The translations under genes and the position numbers were made by a program. From Octopus vulgaris (taxonomy: Eukaryota), in NCBI GenBank assembly GCA_951406725.2, contig OX597820.1:99200001-99264000 (forward strand): a stretch of 64,000 nt of DNA, read 5' to 3'. Position 1 is the stretch's first letter; the number at the start of each line of letters is the position of its first letter. The notes beneath the pieces are model-generated. The model was not told the origin of the DNA. It was given only the letters and a program-made list of their open reading frames with translations, and made no database searches. Below, in pieces: positions 49,614 through 61,932 of this stretch.

Positions 49614-50414
49614 TTCATTTAATTTTTTTAAATAATGTGGAATTTAGAAAAGGTGTTTGGAACATAGATGAATATGAAATATTGATGGAAGATTTTGTTA
49701 AGACCAATTCAAAATGGGAAGCTTGTGTCACAGAACCAAATGTAATCTGAGGTAGTTGATGTTAAGAGTAAAATGCATAGGAGACATAATAATATGGATA
49801 TAATTAGTTTGTTATTCCCTTTTGACCAGATCTCTTTTTTGCTTTACAGTTGGGCAAAAATACCAGCCAAAAGGAATTCTCTCTCTCACATTCACTCACA
49901 CACGAGTTCATTATCACTATTTTTATGCCTGATTTTTTTTTTTTCCATATTGGGCTTTGGTTAGATGAAATATATTGAGACAGGTGGCAAATTTCTGTGG
50001 ATAGATGCCCTTCTTGTTGCCACTACCTACTTTTTTTTTTTCGTGTAAGATATTCTGCTGATCTTCATGCATCGAGACCTTAAAAACTATCAAATTATAT
50101 GATGTAATAGTTATAGGCATTGTAAACATTTGTCACCGTTTTTCCTCAAACATTGACAATGTATAAAGTCACACAGAAAGTTACACACACACACACGATT
50201 TTGCAGCTTCACTCACAAGACCTAAGCAGTGCACACTTCCAAAATGTCATCTAGTAGGATTGAATCTAAAACTACATTGTTGGGTAGTGAAATTTGCAGT
50301 CATTCATCCATCCATACATACACACACACACCTCATCATTCATTCATTTATATCTTGATTGATAAAATTTATATTCTGATTTTTTTTTTTTTTTTTTTTT
50401 TTTGCTACATTTAG

Positions 50415-50835
50415 GGATCTTTTCGGTTTGAACGGCAGTTTTTTCTAGCGGTGTCACATGAAATTGTCACCCATAATTATGACCCTAGTATCGATCTATT
50501 GCATTTCAATCTGTTTTAGGGTTAGGATTAGTTAGGGTGGGGGGAAGGGTATCTTTTTTTCTTCACAAATGTAAATAAACCCAATCTGTTTCTTAAATGA
50601 GGGACATATTCATACAACAAAGAATGTTTTTTTTTACCTCAATAGACGTCAGTGATTGGTTGAAATTGCAGAAATTGAAGAAAAAACAACAAATATCTTA
50701 CAAACTATAGAATTTTCTCAATAAAGCCAGGAGAAAAAGATGTTTTATAAACACATTCTACCAGTATACGAACTTTAAAATTTTTTAGTCACCTAAAAAT
50801 TATGTTTAAAACTGCCGTTCAAACCGAAAAGGTCC
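50415..50835. mobile_element. MITE with GGATC... TIRs and 8-bp TSD (Merlin-like)
   Basis: TIRs GGATCTTTTCGGTTTGAACGGCAGTTTT / AAAACTGCCGTTCAAACCGAAAAGGTCC. TSD ACATTTAG at 50407-50414 and 50836-50843. Confidence 0.88.
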
Positions 50836-50996
50836 ACATTTAGCTATTTTTCACATACAGGTCTCCATATGTATGACATATTTGATACAAAACATTCTAT
50901 ATCTGTATATACATACATTGATGTCTACATTTATTAATTTCACTTTACTCCTCTGTTCTTTGTTATCCATTTTCCCACTTTCATTTTCCTTTTCAG

Positions 50997-51095
50997 ATTG
51001 ACTTTTTCCAAATGCCTGTAAACACACTCCGTCGATACAGACGACATTATAAGTTACCTACACGGCCTGGAACTAATAAGGCCCAGTTAGCTGAG
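50997..51095 (+). CDS. SAP30L: SAP30/SAP30L coding exon 3 (Sin3-interaction domain)
   Basis: TTTTCCTTTTCAG|...|GTAGAT; 99 nt encode IDFFQMPVNTLRRYRRHYKLPTRPGTNKAQLAE, compared with SAP30L [33 protein letters not shown]. Confidence 0.97.
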
Positions 51096-51874
51096 GTAGA
51101 TATGTTATTTTTCATCTTTATGAATGCAGTTAGCTGTCTGTTTTATTAATGTCTATTTAAATACATTAAAAAGTTTGACTTAAATGCTACTCAATTTTGT
51201 AATAAGTTCTTCTATCTTCAACAACTAATCAGACTCAGATGTGTTAGTAAAGCGAGCTTGATATGAAGATATGTTATTCATATATGCATGTTCCATATTT
51301 ATGAATGCAACTAGCTGTCTGGTTTATTAATATCTGTTTAAATATATCATCATCATCGTTTATCGTCCCTTTTCCATGCTAGCATGGGTTGGACGGTTTG
51401 ACCGGGGTCTGGGACGCCAGGAGGCTGCACCAGGTTCCAGTCTGATCTGGCAGTGTTTCTATGGCTTGATGCCCTTCCTAACGCCAACCACTCCGTGTGT
51501 GTAGTGGGTGCTTTTTATGTGCCACCGGCACAGGTGCCAGGGGAGGTTGGCAATGGCCACAATCGGTTGGTGCTTTTTACGTGCCACCGACACAAGCCAG
51601 TCAAGGCAGCGCTAGCATCGGCCACGTTCGGATGGTGCTTTTTACGTGCCACCAGCACAGGTATCGCAACTACAATTTCCATTTGATTTTTATTTTGATG
51701 TTGATGTACTTGACTCAATAGGCCTCCTCAAGCGCAGAAGGTCGCCCTACAATCCAAGGTAAGCACAGCAGGCCGTCCTGCAATCCAAAGTACTTTGGAT
51801 ATGCAAATGTATATATGTACGTATGTACATATACGTGTGTATACATGCATATACATATTATTTATATTATTATA

Positions 51875-51931
<57 letters not shown>

Positions 51932-52172
51932 CATTAAATACTCAAAAGTTACTTAATTTTGTAATAAATCCTTGTACCTTCAGCACCTAATCAAACTTAA
52001 GTGTGATTGTACAGAACGTTTGATATGAACTAGCTGATGAAGCATAAGGAAACACTGAAGCTATAGTATCTGCTGAGAATCCTGAACTGTGAGCAGTTAT
52101 GCTCTCCCTTTGTCAAGCATATTCTCCCGGACCCCCACAGTTTGTCCTCTTGATGGAGCTTTAGTCCTAAAT

Positions 52173-52503
52173 CAGGCCTGGCCAATTCGAATTACATTGC
52201 GGGCCACTTTAATCACAGAAAGTTTTTTGAGGGTCGCTTGTATACTGGCAGAATTGAAAGCATTTTGCTTTCTCATGCAATTATCATAACAATGAATGAA
52301 TGGTCGTTGATTCAACATGAAATATTATCCTTGCAAGAACAGTAGTATTTTTCTTTTTTACTTCTCATTACAATCTTTAATTTTTGATAAAATTTTTTAA
52401 ATGTTTCCTTAAATAAATCCATTTCAAGAAAGTATCAAGCGGGCCGCAAGATAAAAGTCTGCAGGCTGCATGCAGCCTGAGGGCCTCTGGTTGGCCAGCC
52501 CTG
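52173..52503. mobile_element. hAT (Charlie-like) MITE
   Basis: TIRs CAGGCCTGGCCAA / TTGGCCAGCCCTG, perfect 8-bp TSD TCCTAAAT, and GCGGGCC subterminal motifs. Confidence 0.85.
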
Positions 52504-52944
52504 TCCTAAATCAAGACTGTGTGTGGTGTAAACCCTAATACTTTATGATTTGTCCCGGCAATTTGTAACAAACAAAAGAAATTATTATTAGTATTATTTT
52601 TGCTGCTACTATTTATTATTTAGTATCTTTGCTTGAACCCAAACACTTTGTTAATTTCCATGAAATTTTTTTATTTATTTACTTTTTATGTGCTGTGTTC
52701 AGCTCTGTGTATTTGTAGTCCATCTGAACATGCACACATGCTTTGTATGTACGTTTGTATACATTTATGTATGTGTGTTTGTGTGTGTGTGTGAGAGAGA
52801 GTGAGGGGGTGTTGTCATGTATATGTACATGCATAAATTGCATATGCATACAATTATTTTGTATGTGTGTGTGGGAGAGAGAGAGAGAGAGTGTGGTGTC
52901 TAAGTGGTACTCACTCTCTTTCTCTCTTTCTTTCTCTCTTTCTT

Positions 52945-52991
<47 letters not shown>

Positions 52992-53388
52992 AGCACAGAC
53001 AAAAAAGATGTATACATATTTATGTGTGTAAGCTTGTTTACCAACCACAAGGTTCTGGCTTCAGTCCCACTGTGTGGCACCTTGGGCAAGTGTCTCCTAC
53101 TATAGCCTCGGGCCGACCAAAGCCTTGTGAGTGGATTTGGTAGACGGAAACTGAAAGAAGCCCGTCGTATATATGTAGCTAGCAGAAAACTGCCTGGAGG
53201 GGGCAGTCTTTCTGCTAGTATATGTGGACTTCTTTCAGTTTCTGTCTACCAAATCTACTCATGGTTTTGGTTGGCATCATAATAATAGAAGACACTTGCC
53301 CAGTGTGCCATATTGTGGAACTGGACCTGAAACCACATGGCTGTGAGGCAAACACCTTAGCCACATAGCCATCACCTTCACCTGTTTG

Positions 53389-53775
53389 AGGAGGCGCAAT
53401 GGCCCAGTGGTTAGGGCAGCGGACTCGCAGTCGTAGGATCGCAGTTTCGATTCCCAGACCGGGCGTTGTGAGTGTTTATTGAGCGAAAACACCCAAAGCT
53501 CCACGAGGCTCCGGCAGGGATGGTGGTAATCCCTGCTGTACTCTTTCACCACAACTTTCTCTCACTCTTGCTTCCTGTTTCTGTTGTACCTGTATTTGAA
53601 AGGGCCGGCCTTGTCACTCTCTGTGTCATGCTGAATATCCCCGAGAACTACGTTAAGGGTACACGTGTCTGTGGAGTGCTCAGCCACTTACACGTTAATT
53701 TCACGAGCAGGCTGTTCCGTTGATCGGATCAACCGGAACCCTCCTCGTTGTAACCGACGGAGTGCTTCCAACAAC
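53389..53775 (+). mobile_element. family D tRNA(Arg)-like SINE
   Basis: Head GGCGCAATGGCCCAGTGGTTAGGGCAGCGGACTCG...TTCGATTCCC and TSD ACCTTCACCTGT. Other related copies at 15081-15397 (+), 45390-45690 (+) and 43925-44200 (-). Confidence 0.82.
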
Positions 53776-53973
53776 CTTCACCTGTAGTTTCTTGATTATC
53801 TTTCAGTGGCAGAGCCTTATTCCCGATAGTCTACAAAGTTTTCCATATCTTTCTTTTCGTGCTCTCTTCTCCATAAAGCAGATTTCTTTTGTTCTTTGTG
53901 TCTGTCTTATAGTAATTTCTTCTGGTGTCTTTAAATGCCTTACTTTACTTTTCTCTTATTTCTTTCTTTCCAG

Positions 53974-54099
53974 AGTGTGGCTCGGCACTTTAAAACAATT
54001 CCCGTGGCAGAGAAAGAAACTTTGACATTCTTCATTTACATGACAAAGAATTTCAAAAGCAGATTTGACCAGAAACACATCGAAACAGCTCCAAGCTAG
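53974..54099 (+). CDS. SAP30L: SAP30/SAP30L terminal coding exon 4
   Basis: TTTCTTTCCAG| encodes SVARHFKTIPVAEKETLTFFIYMTKNFKSRFDQKHIETAPS*, compared with SAP30L TVSRHFRNIPVNEKETLAYFIYMVKSNKSRLDQK. The spliced CDS is 60+41+33+41 = 175 aa. Confidence 0.97.
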   Translation, partial: SVARHFKTIPVAEKETLTFFIYMTKNFKSRFDQKHIETAPS

Positions 54100-54125
54100 G
54101 GGACTATAGAACACATCTGTGTCAT

Positions 54126-54127
<2 letters not shown>

Positions 54128-54168
<41 letters not shown>

Positions 54169-54200
54169 CATTATTATTATTATTATCATTATTACTACTA
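54128..54200 (+). repeat. (ATT)n microsatellite in the SAP30L 3' UTR
   Basis: Read directly from the sequence. Confidence 0.9.
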
Positions 54201-54963
54201 ATACAACTATAAGTGCTACTACAAGTACTATTATTATTTTTATTATTTTAATTTTCGTTGTTATTTTTTCTTATGAAGGATGGAAGTTTGAGAATGAGAT
54301 AAAACCAATCCAAGACCAGTGCTTTTGATGGGTGTTGTTGGTGGTGGTGGTCGTGGTGTTGGGGCAGTGGTTGTTATGATGGTGAGAGAAATGATAATAT
54401 TGATTATAATGATGATAATAATAATAATAATGGGAGGATGGACATGAAGAATCTGTTCTTCTTGCTTTTCTTCTAAACACACAGCCATGCCACACGCCCT
54501 TCCCTACTCCACCCATCCCTCTTCCTACATTTTTAAAAAAAATATAAAACACAAAAATAAGACAACAACAAAAGTTTGAATGACTAAAAAAAAAAACTAA
54601 GAAAAGGAAAAAAAACATACATTGTAAAAGAAGACTTATGGAGTTTGGTTAATGGAACAATAACAACAATTACAATTGTACACACACAAAGACAAAAATA
54701 CCTTTAAAAAATCGGAAAAAGTGAAAACAGTAAAGAAAATAAATGTCACCATTTGGAAAAGACTATGTATACAAAGACACTTTGTGCCTGCTTTTCAGTT
54801 ACTGAAGACAATTTATGCATACATTTGCTGGACATGATATATATATAATGAAACAAATATCAAAAGAAAATCTCTTCCCTCATCTTACCTTTCCCTGACT
54901 CCTGGTGACATAGCTCACATACACATAAATACTGATGACGAATGAAAAAAAACAAAAACAAAA

Positions 54964-54969
54964 AATAAA
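54964..54969 (+). terminator. candidate polyadenylation signal of SAP30L (alternative at 54738-54743)
   Basis: AATAAA about 870 nt after the stop codon, followed by GT-rich sequence (GGGTGTGAGTGTTCAGTGTG). Confidence 0.4.
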
Positions 54970-57900
54970 CATTAAGTAACAGAGATGGGTGTGAGTGTTC
55001 AGTGTGAGAAAATTCATGTAAATGTCACATTCTAATGAAATTTAAGATTTCTTTTTCATCTTGAGCTTTTATTATTGATTATTGATTATCATTGGGAGTG
55101 ATGGATGGCAGAAGTAGTAGAGTGTCAGGCAAAATGCTTTGTGGTATTTTAGTTAGATTTGTTTGTGTTCTGTGTTCAAATTCCATCATGGTCAACTTTG
55201 CCTTTCATCTTTCCAGGGTCGAAAAATAAAGTACCAGTCGAGGACTGGGGTTGGTATGATTGACTGTTCCCTCCCCTTAGAAATTATTATTATTATTATT
55301 ATTATGATGATGATAAATATGCTGGTAGAATCATTACCATGCTGGACAAAATGCTTAGTAGCATTTCTTCTGCCCCTATGTTCTGAGTTCAAATGTTTCT
55401 GAGGTTGACTTTGCCTTTCATCCTTTAGAGGTTGATAAAATAAGTACCAGTTGAGCACTGGGCTCGATGCGATTGACTAGCCTCTTCTCCCCAGATTTCA
55501 AACCTATTGTAGAAGGAATTATTATTACAATGGATATTATTGCTATTATTGGTGGTTATAGGGGTTAGATTACATAGGGCAGAGCTAAGTTCTCAGCAAA
55601 GCGAGTCTTTGGCTTGGTTTCAATTCATAGTTCTTATTGTGTGTAGTGGATGGTGGGAAAATAATTAATAGAAATAGGACCACTGTGTGAATGTTTGTTT
55701 CTTGATCATGATATTTATGTTTATTCTACATTTCATTTCACTAAAATTCTTTATGAAAGGTATGAATGCTACTACTTCCACATACAATATTACATTGTCC
55801 CGTGTGACAAACCAATCATTCTTGCAGTTACTGTGGAAGCTGTTAGACTTATAGCAACTTGGGGCTCTATTAATAATAAAGTACCAGTGATATACTGGGG
55901 TAGATTTAATAGGATTGATTGATACTGATGTTGCCCAGGCTCCTGCAAGCAATGAGATTATGATCAAGAATCATGAATGACTTTTTTTAGTGCTGCATAC
56001 ACTTTATGGACAGACGAAAGTGTTTACGCCAATGACCACAATGTTACTGTGAGAAGTAGCTAGCTCGGGTATTAGCTGGCAGAATCATTAGCATGCTGGG
56101 TGAAATACTTAGCAGCATTTCATCCACCCTGAGTTCAAATTCCGCTTAATTTTTGACTTCAACTTTCATCCTTTCGAGGTTGATAAAATAAATACCAGTT
56201 GAACTCCGGGGGGGGGGGTCGATGTAACCGACTCACCTCCCTCCCCACAGACTTGCTGGCCTTGTGCCAAAATTTGAAACCATTATTTAGCTTTGAGAAA
56301 CATAATGATGGAAGAAGGCCATACACATCCTATAATCTATGAGATAAACAGCACATGTTTGTTATTTTGCCTGAGTCAAGTCAGGTAGAAGCTGTGTTGC
56401 TTTTCTTTCACTTACTTCATTAAGGCCTTTATGAAAAAAACCTACAAAGTCTACCTTCATTTCGTCTCTAAAATTCTAACTCTTTGCACCATCTAGTCAG
56501 TTGAAGCCTATACGATTGCTAGATGTATTGCTGTAGAAAGCCCCCCATTACATATTTTACTGTAGCCTTGGGTAACTGTTTTCAAGAAATGAGCTGCATG
56601 AGGCATGGCTCATCATCAGACAAGCCTCACTAAAAAATTCAAGGTAATTTTTTTGTTAAGAATGCCATGTGGAAAGTCCTGTGGGCTGCTTGTTACCCAT
56701 GACTATTTTGCAGTATCTCATTACATACCTCAATTCTTGATTTGGATCGGGAATTGCTTTTACTTTACCATTTAGGGTTGTTGCTGGTATTGCTTAGCCC
56801 CAGATCAGTCATGTTTGAACAGATCTGGGATTAATGATGTTCCAACTGACCTTTTTTTGTTTTTTTTTTTGTTGAAAGATTCTGTTCAACTTCGGCTCAA
56901 ACAAAATGATGGATGTGCCATATCTCTCTAATTAATAAGATCTGTGTGTGGCTTCCTTTCATATCTAGGACTAAATTATTGAATATGTCATTCCCTTCTG
57001 TTTTTTTTTAAAGACAAGTCTGTTATAATTTGCAAGAAATTTTAGCTGATATTTCTAGCAGATCAAGCAACCCTGTAGAAGCTCCCAGTTGATAACTGGT
57101 GGTAGATCATCTGTTCAATTCTGAAAGGCAAAATGATAATCTTCCAGCAAATAGTTTATTATAGATTTGATTCTCACTTAAAAGCCATTTCAATTGATTT
57201 ACAGCATAATGAAGTTGGGAAAATTATGAACATTGCTGCATCCAGTTATCTAAGTTTTTCTGGAATTATAAGGCTTTCTGGCCAGTCAGGTAAAAAAGAA
57301 AAGTATTGCAGGGTCAATTTTTTTAAGTGCACCAAGTTTCTTATAAAATTGACTTTAATGAAAATATATGTTTACTAGGTGAAAGGGAGGTGGGCAACCA
57401 ACTGTATTAAAAATAAAACTTGAGAAAGGGGGAAAAGAGTTTGTTCATAGAGACAGGTACCTCCAGGTAAGTAATCTAACTCTACTGAAACCAACAGTGT
57501 TGCGCAGTTCTGTCCTCTCTTTAGGTTATGAATTTTGATGGGATGAATTGTTATTATTACTGAGGATTGTGGATTGGCTGAATTGTTTGTGCATCAGAAA
57601 AAAATACTTTGTTGTATTTGGTCCAGCTCTTTATGCAAGGAGTTCAAATATCACTGAGATCAACTTTACTTTTTCGTCCTTCCAGGTTTGGTAAAACAAG
57701 TTACCAGTCTATCTCTGGGACTGATGGTATCAACAACCCTTATCTTCAAAATTGTTGGTCCTTGTTTCTAAATTAGAAACAATTATTATTCAGTCGGTAA
57801 GCTAGTAGAAAATTTGGCATACTAGACAAAAATGCTTAGCAGAATTTCATCCATCTGTACATTCTGAGTTAAAAAATTCAGCCAAAGTTAACTTTGCTTT

Positions 57901-58662
57901 TCATTCCTTTGGGTTAATGAAACAAGTACCAGTCAGATCCTGGGGTTGATATCCTACTTATCCAAAATTTCAGACCATGTGCCTATAACAGAAAGGATTT
58001 TTGTTTTTGTTATTTTTTTTCAGAGTTCATATAATAAGTCCCAGTTGAACATCAGAATCTATATAATTGACTTACCCCTCTTGCTGGTTTTGTACCAAAA
58101 TTAGAATTATTATTAATATTGTAAGTACTGAGGTTGATGGTATCAACTCTACCCTAAGATTATCGGCCTTATAAATTATTGATAATAATAACAATAATAA
58201 TACTGTTGTTATAAGTACTGAGGATGGTGATGAGTTGGTTCATTCAGGGGGGTGTTAGATTAAATACTGAACTATATTATATACACTGGTTCTTTGTAGT
58301 TTCTGACTGTAACTTGGAAGTATCTATAACTCATTTCAGAACAAATATCTCAAGGAATTTCATTCATAAAGTATTGGTTTTTAAGTTTGTTTCACCAATG
58401 TTTATATCTTTTGCCAATAATAGGATTACTTTAATTGCTTATTTCAGCATATAATTATATATTGGAATCACTTAGCTGAAAGACAAGAGGCTACTGATAA
58501 TTTAATCATTAATTATTTCTGTCTATTTTAATAACTTAGTATTCAGATTTTTTACTACTTTAAATGCTGTAAATGTAATTGCAGTATACTATTTAAAATT
58601 TTAAATTTACATCATTTAGAAGCAAAAAAAAATTCTCATTTCATTCACACACAGAACAGAAG

Positions 58663-58870
58663 ACTGGTAAAATTTGGTATTATTTATTCCTTATTACATG
58701 TATTTAATTACTTACTAGGAGTTACAGAGGTATACATGCAGAAAAGCATATAAGACATCTATTAGTAATAGGAGATGTCTCACTTGTCTTTCTACAGGTG
58801 TACCTCTGTAACTCATATTAGGTAATGAAACATATGTAATGGGAAATAGATAATATCAAAGTTTTTCAGT
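58663..58870. repeat. long imperfect inverted repeat (~95-nt arms)
   Basis: GAGTTACAGAGGTATAC/GTGTACCTCTGTAACTC, AGACATCT/AGATGTCT and TTTGGTATTATTTATT/AATAGATAATATCAAA arranged symmetrically. Confidence 0.8.
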
Positions 58871-59029
58871 GTGCTTCATTTTGATAGGTAATTACTCTGC
58901 AAAAGGTATTTTCCAGTAATTCCCAGTATTTTCAACTCTCATATAAAATATAACAACATCTACAAATATAATTTGAAATACTAAAATATTCAGATTTGCT
59001 TCATGAGGACACAGCTTGGACTATAACCC

Positions 59030-59065
<36 letters not shown>

Positions 59066-59514
59066 CATTGGACCTTTACACACACGCACGCATGCACGCA
59101 CACATATGAGGGCACATAGCTTAGTGGTTAGGGTGTTGCCCTCATAATCTAGCAATTGTGATTTCAATTCCTAGACCGAGTGGTGCGTTCTTGAGCAAAA
59201 CACTTCATCTCATGTCACTCTGCAATCAGTTCAACACCTGATGTGTGGTACACTGTGCACCTGTTCAGGTAGCATCAATTTTTGATGGAGAGAGTGAGCT
59301 AATGTTTGATACAAACACTTGATCCCTATGAACAACCCATTTGTGCAGGTCATTCAGCAAAAGCTAAACGCTCATACGTCATCTACGGGAGAGTCCTTCA
59401 TATATATGAAGGCACAAGCATGGTTGTAGGTTGAGTTATACTGTGTTGCACCTTGAGCAATTGTCTTTTACTGCATCTCTGGGCTGACCAAATCCTTATA
59501 AGTGGATTTGGTTA

Positions 59515-59990
59515 GCAGAGCTGGCAGAAACGTTAGCACGCTGGGCGAAGTGCGTAGCGGTATTTCGTCTGTCGTTACATTCTGAGTTCAAATTCCGCCA
59601 AGGTCAACTTTGCCTTTCATCCTTTCGGGGTCGATAAATTAAGTACCTATTTCTTTATTACCCACAGGGGGCTAAACACAGAGGGGGCAAACAAGGACAG
59701 ACATAGGTATTAAGTCGATTACATAGACCCCAGTGCGTAACTGGTACTTAATTTATCGACCCCGAAAGGATGAAAGGCAAAGTCGACCTTGGTGGAATTT
59801 GAACTCACAACGTAACGCAGACGAAATACCGCTAAGCATTTCGCCCGGTGTGCTAACGTTTCTGCCAGCTCGCCGTCTTTAATAAATTAAGTACCAGTTA
59901 CGCACTGGGGTCGATATAATTGACTTAATCCGTTTGTCTGTCCTTGTTTGTCCCCTCTGTGTGTAGCCCCTTGCAGGCAGTAAAGAAATA
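59515..59990. mobile_element. family C SINE (-, 59648-59881) nested inverted within a family C SINE (+)
   Basis: 14-bp TSD ATAAATTAAGTACC at 59634-59647 and 59882-59895. Confidence 0.88.
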
Positions 59991-61135
59991 AGAAACTGAA
60001 AGAAGTTTATCGTATGTGTGTTACTGTCTCCTTGCCTGTGACATTGCATGATAGTTGTAAAGGAGTGTCAGTGTCATGCAAGTGGTGTCTTGTTTCCAAT
60101 TTTCTGTGAAATATTGTATGGTCATGGGGAAATATTACCTAACTTGAAAACTGGCAAGGGTTGGTGACAGGAATGGCATCTGGCCATAGAAAATCTCAAC
60201 AAATTCTGACCCATGCAGGCATGTAAAAGTGGACGTTAAAACAATAATGATAATATATATATATCCAAATGATGGCTTAAGTGGCTGAAATTTCAAAGTC
60301 ATTTTCAACACTATTCTTGTCAGTGACTAAGTTATCAAGTAATTAATATCTTATTATCAGTATACTTTTGTCCTTAAGCATCATGATCACACTGTAATTT
60401 CATCTCAGGCTTTCAGTTCAGTTCCTGCTTAGCTTTGCCTATCATGTTACTAGGGGTTGCTGAAATAATGACTATGGTTAAAATAACCAACAGTAATTCT
60501 CTCTACAAAGATTAACCTTGGACATTATTGTTTTTTATGCCTACTTTTCTGTGCTGGGATTGGTTGAACAGAATTTTTGCTGACTGTTATATGGCTGGAT
60601 ACCCTTCTAGACGCCAATCTAAAAATCTGTATAAACACAGATTACACTGTGTAACACGATTTTTGTCCTTGGGGGTAGCAGCTGTTATTCCTTATTTGTG
60701 TATTCCTAGAAAGTATGAAAAATGGCTGTTTCCTTCAAACTTTACTTTTGTTATATTTATTCAAACCCCCAAAGAATCCCTCTCAACACATGGTTATGAT
60801 ATTCCCCCATTACTCCTGCTCATGATCAGAGATGCACATATTGTCAGCCACTTAGGGACATGCTCAAGTGGTTAAGGCGAAGCAACTGACAAGCAAATCT
60901 CTGGTACTGAGCAGATTATTTGCTGTAACAATATATCTGCTTCAGCAACTTAGCACTGAATCTGTCTGAAATGTAATGGAAAATAGATCGGTTTCAAATC
61001 ATTTATGTCCAGGTCACAAAAGCAAAGTTTGAAGGGAATTGTAGCCATTTCCTTTGATTTCTAGATAGAAGCAAAAAGGAAATAACATTTACTGACCAAA
61101 GTAAAAAATAGATTTAAATTTTGTCACACAGTGTT

Positions 61136-61932
61136 ATCATCATCATCATCATTTAGCGTCCGTTTTCCATGCTAGCATGGGTTGGATGGTTTAACTGGGG
61201 TCTGTGAAGCCGGAAGGCTTCATCAGGCCCAGTCAGATTTGGCAGTGTTTCTACGGCTGGATGCCCTTCCTAACTCCGCGAGTGTAGTGGGTGTTTTTTA
61301 CGTGCCACCTGCACAGGTGCCAGACAGAGCTGGCGAACGGCCACGAACGGATGGTGTTTTTACGTGTCACCGGCACGGGGCCAGGCAATGCTGGCAACGG
61401 ACACGAACGGATGGTGCTTTTACGTGCCACCGACACGGGGCCAGACAGAGCTGGCAAACGGCCACGAACGGACGGTGCTTTTACGTGTCACCTGCACGGG
61501 GGCCAGCCGAGGCTGGCTACGAACAAGAACGGATGGTGCTTTTACGTGCCACCGACACGGGGCAGACAGAGCTGGCAAACGGCCACGAACGGACGGTGCT
61601 TTTACGTGTCACCTGCACGGGGGCCAGCCGAGGCTGGCAACGAACACGAACGGATGGTGCTTTTACGTGCCACGGACACGGGGCCAGACAGAGCTGGCAA
61701 ACGGCCACGAACGGACGGTGCTTTTACGTGTCACCGGCACGGGGGCCAGCCGAGGCTGGCAATGGACACGAACGGACGGTGCTTTTATGTGCCACCGACA
61801 CGGGGCCAGACGGAGCTGGCAAACGGCCACGAACAGACGGTGCTTTTACGTGTCACCGGCACGGGGCCAGGTGAGGCTGGCAACGAACACGAACGGATGG
61901 TGCTTTTACGTGCCACCGACACGGGGGCCAGA
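61136..61932 (-). repeat. RTE 3'-UTR fragment with an expanded ~60-bp tandem array (~10 units, alternating A/B)
   Basis: (CAT)n tail on the plus strand, then repeated GGTGCTTTTACGTG..ACC..CACGGGG units alternating CAGACAGAGCTGGCAAACGGCC and CAGCCGAGGCTGGC. Confidence 0.88.

Noticed and set aside
52033-52075. CTGATGA...GAAA hammerhead-like core
   Set aside because: Helices I and II cannot be paired.
53393-53465. tRNA-like sequences at SINE heads (also 15083, 25001, 30399)
   Set aside because: No complete cloverleaf, and they are continuous with SINE bodies, so they are not tRNA genes.
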